From assembly GCA_963555815.3 (NCBI GenBank), contig CAUVWX020000002.1:448001-512000 (forward strand): a stretch of 64,000 nt of DNA, in the 5' to 3' direction. The notes under the pieces were generated by a model. It was not told the DNA's origin, searched no databases, and saw only the letters and a list, made by a program, of their open reading frames with translations. Shown here in pieces: positions 55,993-64,000 of this stretch; within the stretch, counting starts at the first letter, position 1, and each line of letters opens with the position of its first letter. Both the position numbers and the translations under genes were made by a program. Origin of the DNA: a bacterium (GTDB lineage Bacteria > UBA8248 > JACPRG01 > G963555815).

Positions 55993-58230
55993 CTAGCCCT
56001 CCTTGAGGGCCATCTGAAGTCCATCCCACCACCGGGCCATGAGATCTGTCATCTGGATATCAACGGTGTGGCGGCTCCCCAACTCTCCCTGGAGCTCGAT
56101 CAGTAGACGTTCTCCCCCCACCCTCCCGATAGGGAGGACAGGAACCGCCGCCTCTTTGCTGAGGGCAAGGAGGCGGGGAAGCTGGTCCTCTGGGAGGGAG
56201 AGAAGGGCTCGTCCCTGGTCCTCCCCGAAGAGGACAACGTCGGCCCGCCCCCGGATGGATAGAGAGATCGAGGCCCCAAGGTGAGGATCCGTCAGCAGGC
56301 CCGCCTCGGCAAGGGCCACGGCGAGACCCCCGTCCGAGACATCGTGGCAGGATGAAAGGAGTCCTTCGCGGATGGCGGTGCGAATGAGGCCGTGGAGGGC
56401 CACCTCCGCCTCGAGGTCCATCTTGGGGCAGGGGCCGAGCCTGCTTCCCAGGACGCCCCATAAATAGAGGCTTCCCCCGAGCCCTTCGCCAAGACCTCCC
56501 AGGAGGACGACGAGGTCTCCCTCCCGCTGAAAAGCCGTCGGACAGAGCCGGCCCACGTCTTCGAGCACTCCCACCATGCCGATGACGGGGGTTGGGGGGA
56601 TACTTTTGCCCAGGGTTTCATTGTAGAAACTCACGTTTCCGCTCACGACCGGAACCTCCAGGCGCTGGCACGCGGCGGTCACCCCGTCGATGGCCCTCGA
56701 GAACTGCCACATCACATGGGGGTCCTCTGGATTTCCAAAATTCAAACAGTCGGTGAGCCCAAGTGGCGTTGCCCCGGTTGAGGAGAGGTTTCGCGCAGCC
56801 TCGACGACCGCGATGGCCCCTCCCTGGAATGGGTCCAGGGAGCAGTAGCGCGAGTTCCCGTCCACGGTGAGGGCAATCGCCTTCCGGCTTCCCTTGAGGC
56901 GGAGCACGGCCGCGTCGCCCCCTGGGCGGAGGATGGTGTTGGTGCGGACCATGTGGTCGTACTGCTCATAGACAATGTGCTTTGATCCAATCTCCGGGAG
57001 ACTCAAGAGGGCCAGAAAACATTCCTGGAGGTTTTCTGGTTCCGGTATCTCTTGGAGATCCACGGCGGGTTGGGCTTTCGGAGACGGCGCCTCCGGCCTT
57101 TTTAAGAGAGGGGGCCCGTCGGCCAAGAGCGCGGCGGGGACTCTCGCCACCTCTTTCTTCCCGTCCAGGACGGTCAGGTGGCCATCCCCCGTCACCTCTC
57201 CGACGATTGAGAACTCGAGGTCCCATTTGGCGAAAACCTTCTCCGCCGCCTGGACCCCCTCCGGGCGCAGGATGATGAGCATCCGTTCCTGGGACTCGGA
57301 GAGCATCACCTCATAGGGGCTCATTCCGGGCTCCCGCCGAGGAACGCGGGAGACATCGATCCGAATACCGGTCCCCCCGCGCGCGGCCATCTCAGCGCTG
57401 GAGCTCGTGAGGCCACCCCCGCCCATATCCTGAAGGGCGACCACCTCTTCCGTGTCATGGATCTCAAGACACGCCTCAAGGAGAAGCTTTTCCAGGAAGG
57501 GGTCGCCCACCTGAACGGCGGGCCGCTTTTTCTCGGCCCCTTCGCCAAAGGCGAGAGAGGCCATGGCCGCCCCGTGAATGCCATCGCGGCCCGTCCTGGC
57601 CCCCACATAGGCAACGGGGTTTCCCACTCCCCCCGCCCTCGCCCGGAGGATCCGATCCTTTGGAACAAGGCCGAGGGCAAAAACATTCACCAGGGGATTT
57701 CCGGCGTAGTCGGGGTCAAAGGCGATCTCCCCCCCCACCGTCGGGATCCCAATGCAATTTCCATAGCCTGCGATCCCGGCCACTACCTGGGTCAGCAGGT
57801 AGCGGATCCTTGGCTCACTGAGGTCTCCAAAGCGGAGGGAATTCAAGAGGGCGATGGGTCTTGCCCCCATGGTGAAAATGTCCCGCAGGATCCCGCCGAC
57901 CCCCGTCGCCGCCCCCTGGTAGGGCTCGATGAAGGACGGGTGGTTGTGGCTTTCCATCTTCAGGACGACGGCGAGCCCATCCCCAAGATCCACGGCCCCC
58001 GCATTCTCGCCCGGCCCCTGCAGCACGGACGGCCCCTCGGTGGGAAGGCGTCGAAGATAGGCCTTTGAGGTCTTGTAGCTGCAGTGCTCATTCCACAGGG
58101 CCGAGAAGAGGCCAAGCTCGGTGAAGGTGGGGGTCCGGCCAAGGGTTTTTAGGATGTGGCGGTACTCTTCAGGGGACAGGCCGTGCTCGAGGGCCAGGGT
58201 CTCGGTGACAGGGGGTTCAGGGGAGGTCAC
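55993..58230 (-). CDS. purL: Phosphoribosylformylglycinamidine synthase subunit PurL (small form)
   Basis: [63 protein letters not shown]. Confidence 0.97.
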   Translation of the reverse strand: MTSPEPPVTETLALEHGLSPEEYRHILKTLGRTPTFTELGLFSALWNEHCSYKTSKAYLRRLPTEGPSVLQGPGENAGAVDLGDGLAVVLKMESHNHPSFIEPYQGAATGVGGILRDIFTMGARPIALLNSLRFGDLSEPRIRYLLTQVVAGIAGYGNCIGIPTVGGEIAFDPDYAGNPLVNVFALGLVPKDRILRARAGGVGNPVAYVGARTGRDGIHGAAMASLAFGEGAEKKRPAVQVGDPFLEKLLLEACLEIHDTEEVVALQDMGGGGLTSSSAEMAARGGTGIRIDVSRVPRREPGMSPYEVMLSESQERMLIILRPEGVQAAEKVFAKWDLEFSIVGEVTGDGHLTVLDGKKEVARVPAALLADGPPLLKRPEAPSPKAQPAVDLQEIPEPENLQECFLALLSLPEIGSKHIVYEQYDHMVRTNTILRPGGDAAVLRLKGSRKAIALTVDGNSRYCSLDPFQGGAIAVVEAARNLSSTGATPLGLTDCLNFGNPEDPHVMWQFSRAIDGVTAACQRLEVPVVSGNVSFYNETLGKSIPPTPVIGMVGVLEDVGRLCPTAFQREGDLVVLLGGLGEGLGGSLYLWGVLGSRLGPCPKMDLEAEVALHGLIRTAIREGLLSSCHDVSDGGLAVALAEAGLLTDPHLGASISLSIRGRADVVLFGEDQGRALLSLPEDQLPRLLALSKEAAVPVLPIGRVGGERLLIELQGELGSRHTVDIQMTDLMARWWDGLQMALKEG

Positions 58231-58925
58231 GAGAGGCCGTTTTTACCCGCCAGGAGGGATTCGAAGATGAGCCTGCCGTCCTCTCCGCCAAGGCAAGCCT
58301 CTGAGGCCCGTTCCGGATGAGGCATCAGGCCAAGGACGTTTCTCTTAGAATTACAGATCCCGGCGATGTGGGAAAGGGACCCGTTGGGATTGGCCTCCTC
58401 CGAGAGATCTCCCCGGGCGGTGCAATATCGAAAGACGACCTGCCCCTCCCCTTCCAGCCGCCTCAAGATTTCGGGGTCGGCGAAGTAATGCCCGTCCATA
58501 TGGGCGATGGGGAGTTTGAGGACTTGTTGCGGTTCGCACCTTCGGGTGAACGGTGTCTCCTTCGTCTCCACCCGGACGAAGACATCCCGGCAAATAAAGG
58601 AAAGGAAGCTGTTTCGGAGCATCGCCCCAGGCAGGAGCCCAGCCTCCAGAAGGATCTGGAAGCCATTACAGATCCCCAGGACCAGCCCCCCCCTTTGGGC
58701 ATACTCGATGATGACCTCCATAATGGGCGAAAATCTCGCGACGGCCCCGGTTCGAAGATAGTCGCCGTAGGAAAACCCCCCGGGCAGGATGACGCAGTCT
58801 ATCCCCTTCAGGTCCCGGTCCTTATGCCAAAGGAAGCGAATCTCCTGCCCCAGGACCTCCTTCACCACCTCGTAGCAGTCGTCGTCGCAGTTGGACCCGG
58901 GAAAGGTGACGACGGCAAACTTCAT
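58227..58925 (-). CDS. purQ: Phosphoribosylformylglycinamidine synthase subunit PurQ
   Basis: [36 protein letters not shown]. Confidence 0.97.
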   Translation of the reverse strand: MKFAVVTFPGSNCDDDCYEVVKEVLGQEIRFLWHKDRDLKGIDCVILPGGFSYGDYLRTGAVARFSPIMEVIIEYAQRGGLVLGICNGFQILLEAGLLPGAMLRNSFLSFICRDVFVRVETKETPFTRRCEPQQVLKLPIAHMDGHYFADPEILRRLEGEGQVVFRYCTARGDLSEEANPNGSLSHIAGICNSKRNVLGLMPHPERASEACLGGEDGRLIFESLLAGKNGLS

Positions 58926-59197
58926 TCTTTCACCCCTGGCGCCCCGGCTGCCTCCCCGTCCAGCTCAAAGCGGAAGTCCTCGATAATGGGGTTCGCCAGG
59001 AGCCGCTCGCACATGGATTGAAGGCGCGAGCGGAGCTGGTCAGAAGAGGAGCCTTCGAGTTCTAGCTCGATGAACTTCCCCATCCTGACCTCTTGAACCT
59101 CCTGGAAGCCCAGACTGACTAAAGCCCCTCGGATGGTTACACCCTGTGGGTCGACAACCCCCGCTTTATAGGTGATGTAGACCTTGGCTCGCGTCAT
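58922..59197 (-). CDS. purS: Phosphoribosylformylglycinamidine synthase subunit PurS
   Basis: [20 protein letters not shown]. Confidence 0.95.
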   Translation of the reverse strand: MTRAKVYITYKAGVVDPQGVTIRGALVSLGFQEVQEVRMGKFIELELEGSSSDQLRSRLQSMCERLLANPIIEDFRFELDGEAAGAPGVKE

Positions 59198-59206
59198 AAC
59201 ACGAAA

Positions 59207-59920
59207 TCAGCCCTCAAGACGACGCAGGACCTCCCGATAGGCCTCTCCCACCCCTCCGAGGTCCCTTCGGAATCGATCCTTGTCTAATTTCTCACCGGTC
59301 TGCAGATCCCACAGACGACAAGTGTCCGGGGTGACTTCGTCTGCCAGCAAGAGGTCGCCGGCGTCACCCCGCATCACACGGCCAAACTCAAATTTCAGAT
59401 CCACCAGGATGAGACCTTTTGTCTCAAAGAATTTCCGAAGAATCTCGTTGGCACGGCCCGCAACCTCCCTGACCTCTTTCAAGGTGGCCTCATCAGAGAA
59501 GCCAAAGACAAGGATGTGATCCTCATTGAGGATGGGGTCTCCGAGGTCGTCGCGCTTATAGTACCATTCCGTGATGGCACGAGGGAGTCTCGCCCCTTCT
59601 TCCAAGCCCACGCGTTTTGCCAAACTCCCGGCGACCAGGTTTCGCACCACCACCTCGATGGGGATCATCTCCAGACGTTTGACCAGCATCTCCCGGTCAC
59701 TGAGCTTTTTAATGAAGTGGGTGCGGACCCCTTCAGATTCCAGGTGCTCGAAGAGAAGGCAGGAGATGGCATTATTGGTAGCGCCCTTGGACTCGACGAC
59801 CCCCCGCTTCTTCGCATCAAAGGCCGTCATCTCGTCCTTAAAGTACTGGACGATCTGGTCCCCGCTGTCGGTCGTGAAGAGGATCTTGGCCTTTCCTTCG
59901 GAGATTTTTTGTCGTTCCAT
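59207..59920 (-). CDS. purC: SAICAR synthetase
   Basis: EGKAK, FKD..TAF, IP.EVVVRN..AGS, D.K.EFG, LADE.TPDTCRLWD, DKDRFR; start set at ATG 59920. Confidence 0.96.
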   Translation of the reverse strand: MERQKISEGKAKILFTTDSGDQIVQYFKDEMTAFDAKKRGVVESKGATNNAISCLLFEHLESEGVRTHFIKKLSDREMLVKRLEMIPIEVVVRNLVAGSLAKRVGLEEGARLPRAITEWYYKRDDLGDPILNEDHILVFGFSDEATLKEVREVAGRANEILRKFFETKGLILVDLKFEFGRVMRGDAGDLLLADEVTPDTCRLWDLQTGEKLDKDRFRRDLGGVGEAYREVLRRLEG

Positions 59921-59927
59921 TTCGTCC

Positions 59928-61241
59928 CTAGAACCTCTGTTCGTCGGGAGGGCCAAAGACCCGCCCGAAGAGGGTTCCCACATGGGCCACATGGGGCGAG
60001 AGGTCAAAACAGGCCGCCAGCGCCTCGGGGGACAAGCGAGCTTTTACTTCCGAATCCTCTTGAACTACCGCCCTAAAGTATTTGTTTTCGTTTACTGTCT
60101 TAAATGAAAGACGTTGAACGGTCTCGTAGGCCGCCTTTCGTGATAGGCCCGCCTGAAGGAGGGCCAGCAGGACCTGCTCGGAGTGGATGAGTCCGCGGCT
60201 CAGGTCGAGGTTTCGCCGGATTGCCTCTTTGTTCACCACAAGGCCATCCATCAGCTCTGAAAAGCGCGTCACCATATAGTCGACCAAGATGGTGCTGTCG
60301 GGCAGGATGACGCGTTCCACCGATGAGTGGCTGATGTCCCGCTCGTGCCACAGCCCCACATTCTGAAGGGCCGTCGCCGCATTGGCCCCGACGACCCTGG
60401 CGAGCCCCGTCAGTTGCTCCGACACGATGGGGTTTCGCTTGTGGGGCATGGCGGAGGAACCCTTTTGCCCCTTCCCGAAGGCCTCGGCCACCTCCCCCAC
60501 CTCGGTGCGGGAGAGGTGACGAATCTCCGTTGCCATCTTGGCCACGCTGGCAGCGATGAGGGCGAGAGCGCTCATATACTCGGCGTGGCGGTCCCGCTGG
60601 ATGACCTGGGACGCTATCGGGGCGGGACGAAGGTTGAGGCGCTCGCAGACATATTCCTCAACTCGGGGGGAGATGTGGGCGTAAGTCCCGACGGCCCCCG
60701 CGATCTTCCCCACCCGGACAGCCTCCTTCGCCCGAGTCATCCGACCCGCCCCCCGGCCCACCTCCTCAAACCACAGCGCCAGCTTGAGGCCAAGCGTGAT
60801 GGGCTCGGCATGAACACCGTGAGTCCGGCCCACCATGACGAGGTCTTTGAACTCCATGGCCCGTCGGGCGAGCACCTGTCGAAGTGAGGCGAGGTCTTGC
60901 AGGATGAGGTCCGCCGCCGCCGACATCTGAAGGGCAAGGGCGGTGTCGAGGAGGTCCGAAGAGGTGAGTCCCCAGTGGATATAGCGGGCGTGGTCCCCGA
61001 GCGTTTCTTCCAAGTGGGTGAGGAAGGCGATCACATCGTGACGCGTCTCCTTCTCGATCTCAGCCACCCGGGCCGGGTCTGCTTTGGCCTTCTTTCGGAC
61101 TTCCCCCGGGACCTCTTTCGGTATTCGTCCTTCTGCCGCCAGGACCTCCAGGACGAGACACTCGATCTCCACCCAGTGGGCGAGTTTGGTCTCCTCGGTC
61201 CAGATCTTCCCCATCTCGGGACGGGTGTAGCGACTAATCAC
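59928..61241 (-). CDS. purB: Adenylosuccinate lyase
   Basis: I.RYT, HDVIAF, GRTHGVHAEP, GSSAMPHKRNP, WHERDISHSSVER; start set at GTG 61241. Confidence 0.97.
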   Translation of the reverse strand: MISRYTRPEMGKIWTEETKLAHWVEIECLVLEVLAAEGRIPKEVPGEVRKKAKADPARVAEIEKETRHDVIAFLTHLEETLGDHARYIHWGLTSSDLLDTALALQMSAAADLILQDLASLRQVLARRAMEFKDLVMVGRTHGVHAEPITLGLKLALWFEEVGRGAGRMTRAKEAVRVGKIAGAVGTYAHISPRVEEYVCERLNLRPAPIASQVIQRDRHAEYMSALALIAASVAKMATEIRHLSRTEVGEVAEAFGKGQKGSSAMPHKRNPIVSEQLTGLARVVGANAATALQNVGLWHERDISHSSVERVILPDSTILVDYMVTRFSELMDGLVVNKEAIRRNLDLSRGLIHSEQVLLALLQAGLSRKAAYETVQRLSFKTVNENKYFRAVVQEDSEVKARLSPEALAACFDLSPHVAHVGTLFGRVFGPPDEQRF

Positions 61242-61260
61242 CCCAAGTCCTCCCCGGTTC

Positions 61261-62028
61261 TCAATTCTGCAAAACAGCCGTTGGGCGGCGCGAAGCGGCG
61301 ACGCACAAGGAGACCCCGGACCCGTCCAGGACCGCTTTTGCTGTGCCCTTGGCCCGATCCGGACGGTTATTGGTCTCACTTAAATGGGCCAAGACAACCT
61401 GCCGAAGCCCTCGGTGTTGCACCTGCGCCAGGAGGGCTGCCGTCTCGTCATTGGCCAGGTGCCCAAGGGGGCCCGCGATCCGAGCCTTCACGGTGGAGGG
61501 ATAGGGGCCCTCCTCCAGGAGGCGGCGGTCATGGTTCGCCTCCAAGATAAGGCAATTTACACCCGAGAGGGCAGCCACAAGGTCTATTGTGATCGCCCCG
61601 ATGTCAACCGCTACCCCGATCTTCGTCCCTTCAAAGGAAATGAGAAAGCCCACAGGCTCGCGCGCGTCGTGGGGGATCGGAAAAGTGTTCACCTCAAAGG
61701 GCCCGAGGGAGAAGGCGTTCCCCGTGCCGAAGAGCACCCGGTCGCCGGGATATCCTCCCCAATCTGCGGTGAGGCCCTGGGACGTCCCGGCATTCATGTG
61801 GAGTGGGGTGCCGTAACGCTTGGAAAAAGGGACAGCCCCACGGACGTGATCCCCATGCTCATGGCTGAGAAGGATGGCCTGAAGGTCCTGGGCTCGGGCA
61901 CCGATAGAGTTGAGCCTGCCTTCGATCTGACGGGGCGAGAACCCAGCGTCCACAAGGAAACCATACCCCCCCGCCTCACAGTAAAGGGCGTTTCCGGTGC
62001 TGCCGCTTCCCAAGAAGACCAGCCTAAT
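61261..62028 (-). CDS. MBL-fold hydrolase (YycJ/WalJ-like); start uncertain (ATT 62028 or TTG 62013)
   Basis: LGSGS.GN, LVDAG, SHEHGDH, PHDA.EP, LEANHD, GHL.N, LAHLS..NN. Confidence 0.88.
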   Translation of the reverse strand: MRLVFLGSGSTGNALYCEAGGYGFLVDAGFSPRQIEGRLNSIGARAQDLQAILLSHEHGDHVRGAVPFSKRYGTPLHMNAGTSQGLTADWGGYPGDRVLFGTGNAFSLGPFEVNTFPIPHDAREPVGFLISFEGTKIGVAVDIGAITIDLVAALSGVNCLILEANHDRRLLEEGPYPSTVKARIAGPLGHLANDETAALLAQVQHRGLRQVVLAHLSETNNRPDRAKGTAKAVLDGSGVSLCVAASRRPTAVLQN

Positions 62029-63001
62029 CGCCCCCCCCCTTCTGGCCGGCCTCCTGCCGATCCCTGATCATGGCGTAGAGAAGAGGGAGGAGAATCTCAT
62101 GATGGCCTGTGATCTGATACCCCTTTCCCTGCGGCTCGACTGGTCGCGTCACCACATTTTGAGTGGGCCGATAATGGCGAATCATGTCAAAGTCCACGGC
62201 AATAAAGTCGTGGGGTTTCCCCGTCAGATTTCTCGCGATGTTAAGCGCCTTCAGAAAGATCTCGGGCATGAGGACCGCCGATCCCAGATTGATGAAGACG
62301 CCTCCCCGGTCTAGTCCAATGACCTCTTGGGCAAGAACCTGAAAATCCCGGTAGGTGGCACGACCGAGGGCGCCGGCGTCCACTCCGGGGTGCATGTGGA
62401 CGATATCGGAGCCCAGCGCCACATGGAGAGTGGCCGGAACCCCCTTTTTATAAGCCGCCGCCAGAATGCTCAGACCTTTCCGGGGAAAATCCCCCTCTTG
62501 GATCTCCTGGCCCAGGGCCTGCCCAAGGCCGTAACCCGAGTCCTCAGCCCGTCGGACCACACGGTGATAAACGGCGCCCGTCTCCTCGGCCATCCCGAAA
62601 TCCCCTTGGGGAAGACCCTCCTCCACTTCCTCCGAGGTCTGGCCCGCGAGGGCCATCTCAATCTCGTGGACGGCAATGGCGCCCGTCCCCGAAACGGCTG
62701 TCAGGATCCCCCGGTCGATGAGATCGATGATGAGGCGGCTCAGGCCCACCTTGATAGGATGGGCCCCCATGGACAAGATGACCGCCCGACCCGATGAGAC
62801 GGCCGACACCACCCCATCGGCCACTGCTCGAAGGTCCGCCCCTTTCAAGATGGGAGGGATGATGGCCTCGACCCCTCCTCCGGGGCGGTAGGCCCCCGGA
62901 TCGGCCAGGACCTCCTCACCCACTTTGCTCTTTCGGGTCGAGAGGGGGTGGGTCCGGGTGCCCTGGAACTCAAGGTGTTTGTGCGGAGGCTTAGACCCCA
63001 C
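62024..63001 (-). CDS. Deoxyhypusine-synthase-like uncharacterised protein (resembles the GSU2086 family)
   Basis: R.SKV, MGAH.IKVGL, FGMA.ETG, HVA.G.DI.HMHP, GG...N.GSAV..PE.FLKA, GHHEI..PLL; recognised from memory of the family. Confidence 0.65.
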   Translation of the reverse strand: MGSKPPHKHLEFQGTRTHPLSTRKSKVGEEVLADPGAYRPGGGVEAIIPPILKGADLRAVADGVVSAVSSGRAVILSMGAHPIKVGLSRLIIDLIDRGILTAVSGTGAIAVHEIEMALAGQTSEEVEEGLPQGDFGMAEETGAVYHRVVRRAEDSGYGLGQALGQEIQEGDFPRKGLSILAAAYKKGVPATLHVALGSDIVHMHPGVDAGALGRATYRDFQVLAQEVIGLDRGGVFINLGSAVLMPEIFLKALNIARNLTGKPHDFIAVDFDMIRHYRPTQNVVTRPVEPQGKGYQITGHHEILLPLLYAMIRDRQEAGQKGGGD

Positions 63002-63022
63002 GGCAATGGACCTCCAGGCTCA

Positions 63023-64000
63023 TTAGCTGCCTCGATTTCGCAGGGATGCCATCAGCCCAGTCGTTGAGAAGCCCGGAAGGAGCGGGATGATCTCCACGCG
63101 GCCCCCATAGGCCTCTACAATCCCCTTGCCGACCACCTCATAGGGCTCGTAATCTCCCCCCTTCACAAGGACATGGGGGCGAAGGGCACGAATGAGACGG
63201 GAGGGGGTCCTCTCGCGGAAGACCACCACATAATCTACAAAACGAAGGGCCGCCACAAGCTCGACCCGCTGCTGCAAGGGAAGGATGGGGCGCCCCGGCC
63301 CCTTTAGGCGCCGGACCGAGGCGTCATCGTTCAGGCCCACGACGAGGAGATGCCCGAGGGCCCGGGCCCGCTGAAGGAGATAGAGGTGCCCGGTATGGAG
63401 AAGGTCAAAGCAACCATTGGTGAAGACCACGGTCTGCCCATCGCTCCTCGCCCGGTCGAGGCGTTCTCTCAACGCAACAAGGGGGAGGACCTTTTGAGCC
63501 GAATGGGAGAGGCCCGAGTCGAGGGCCCTCGCTAGGCCGGAGAGGCCGACGGCCTTTGTCCCCACCGTTGCCACCACCAAGCCCGCCGCCACGTTGGCCA
63601 GTCGGGCCGCTTGGGCGAGCGGGGCGCCGCCAAAGGCTGCAAGACCGAAAATGGCCGCCACGGTGTCCCCCGCACCCGTCACATCGTAGACCTCGTGGGT
63701 CTGAGCGGGAGGCAGATGGGTGGCCCCTCCGCTGCGCCCATATAGGGTCATCCCCTGTCCACCACGGGTCACCAAAAAAGCTTTTGCACCGGTCGTCCGA
63801 AGAAGCCCCCTCACTCTGGAGGCGAGAGCGCCTTTGTCCTGGGTCCGGCTGCGGGCCGTCGCCCGGATCACCTCTTCTTCATTGGGCGTGATGAAGTCAG
63901 CCCCCCGGTAGCGGCTGAAGTGGACGTCCTTTGGGTCGACCAGGACCGGACAGGCCGCCCGGGCGGCGGCAGAGAAGGTTTCCTCCAGGACGCGGTCCGT
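63023..64000 (-). CDS. hldE: Bifunctional heptose-7-phosphate kinase / heptose-1-phosphate adenylyltransferase, 3' part
   Basis: VDPK, TPN..E, VYDVTGAGDT (PfkB) fused to VFTNGCFDLLH.GH, GLN.DASV.RLKG..RP, KGGDY, STT; frame open to the window end. Confidence 0.93.
   Translation of the reverse strand, partial: TDRVLEETFSAAARAACPVLVDPKDVHFSRYRGADFITPNEEEVIRATARSRTQDKGALASRVRGLLRTTGAKAFLVTRGGQGMTLYGRSGGATHLPPAQTHEVYDVTGAGDTVAAIFGLAAFGGAPLAQAARLANVAAGLVVATVGTKAVGLSGLARALDSGLSHSAQKVLPLVALRERLDRARSDGQTVVFTNGCFDLLHTGHLYLLQRARALGHLLVVGLNDDASVRRLKGPGRPILPLQQRVELVAALRFVDYVVVFRERTPSRLIRALRPHVLVKGGDYEPYEVVGKGIVEAYGGRVEIIPLLPGFSTTGLMASLRNRGS

Noticed and set aside
1..64000. CRISPR array, IS element, prophage or defence system
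   Set aside because: No regularly spaced repeats and no transposase, integrase, phage or defence motifs seen in the translated ORFs.

Overview
A GC-rich (about 60-65%) chromosomal housekeeping region from a diderm bacterium. Gene orders such as TPR-lolB-like-ispE-spoVG-tRNA-Gln-prs-rplY-pth-rpsF-ssb-rpsR-DUF2232-rplI-dnaB-alr suggest a Nitrospinota/Desulfobacterota-like lineage (inference only). It carries a YbhGFSR-type efflux operon, argDFG, yajC-secDF, aroB-aroQ-pepP-efp, a csp gene, tsaD, ctpA, recJ, dacB, a peptide ABC cluster, purB-C-S-Q-L-F and part of hldE. I found no mobile element, CRISPR array or rRNA. The strongest hidden signal is an exported peroxiredoxin-like selenoprotein that the ORF track splits in two: an in-frame TGA forms a UxxC motif and is followed by a clean bacterial SECIS hairpin (49800-50321, minus strand). 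Other notable items are a di-haem c lipoprotein appended to purF, a separately promoted and structured purF leader, a terminator-like hairpin in the csp leader, an SGNH protein lacking its catalytic residues, a SecF with Asn at the proton-conducting Asp, an orphan MlaF-like ATPase, and a probable ATT start. Three genes carry single lesions (SDR TGA, DUF456 TAG, spoVG 1-nt frameshift) that may be real or consensus errors. All product calls come from motif recognition by eye, not database searches.
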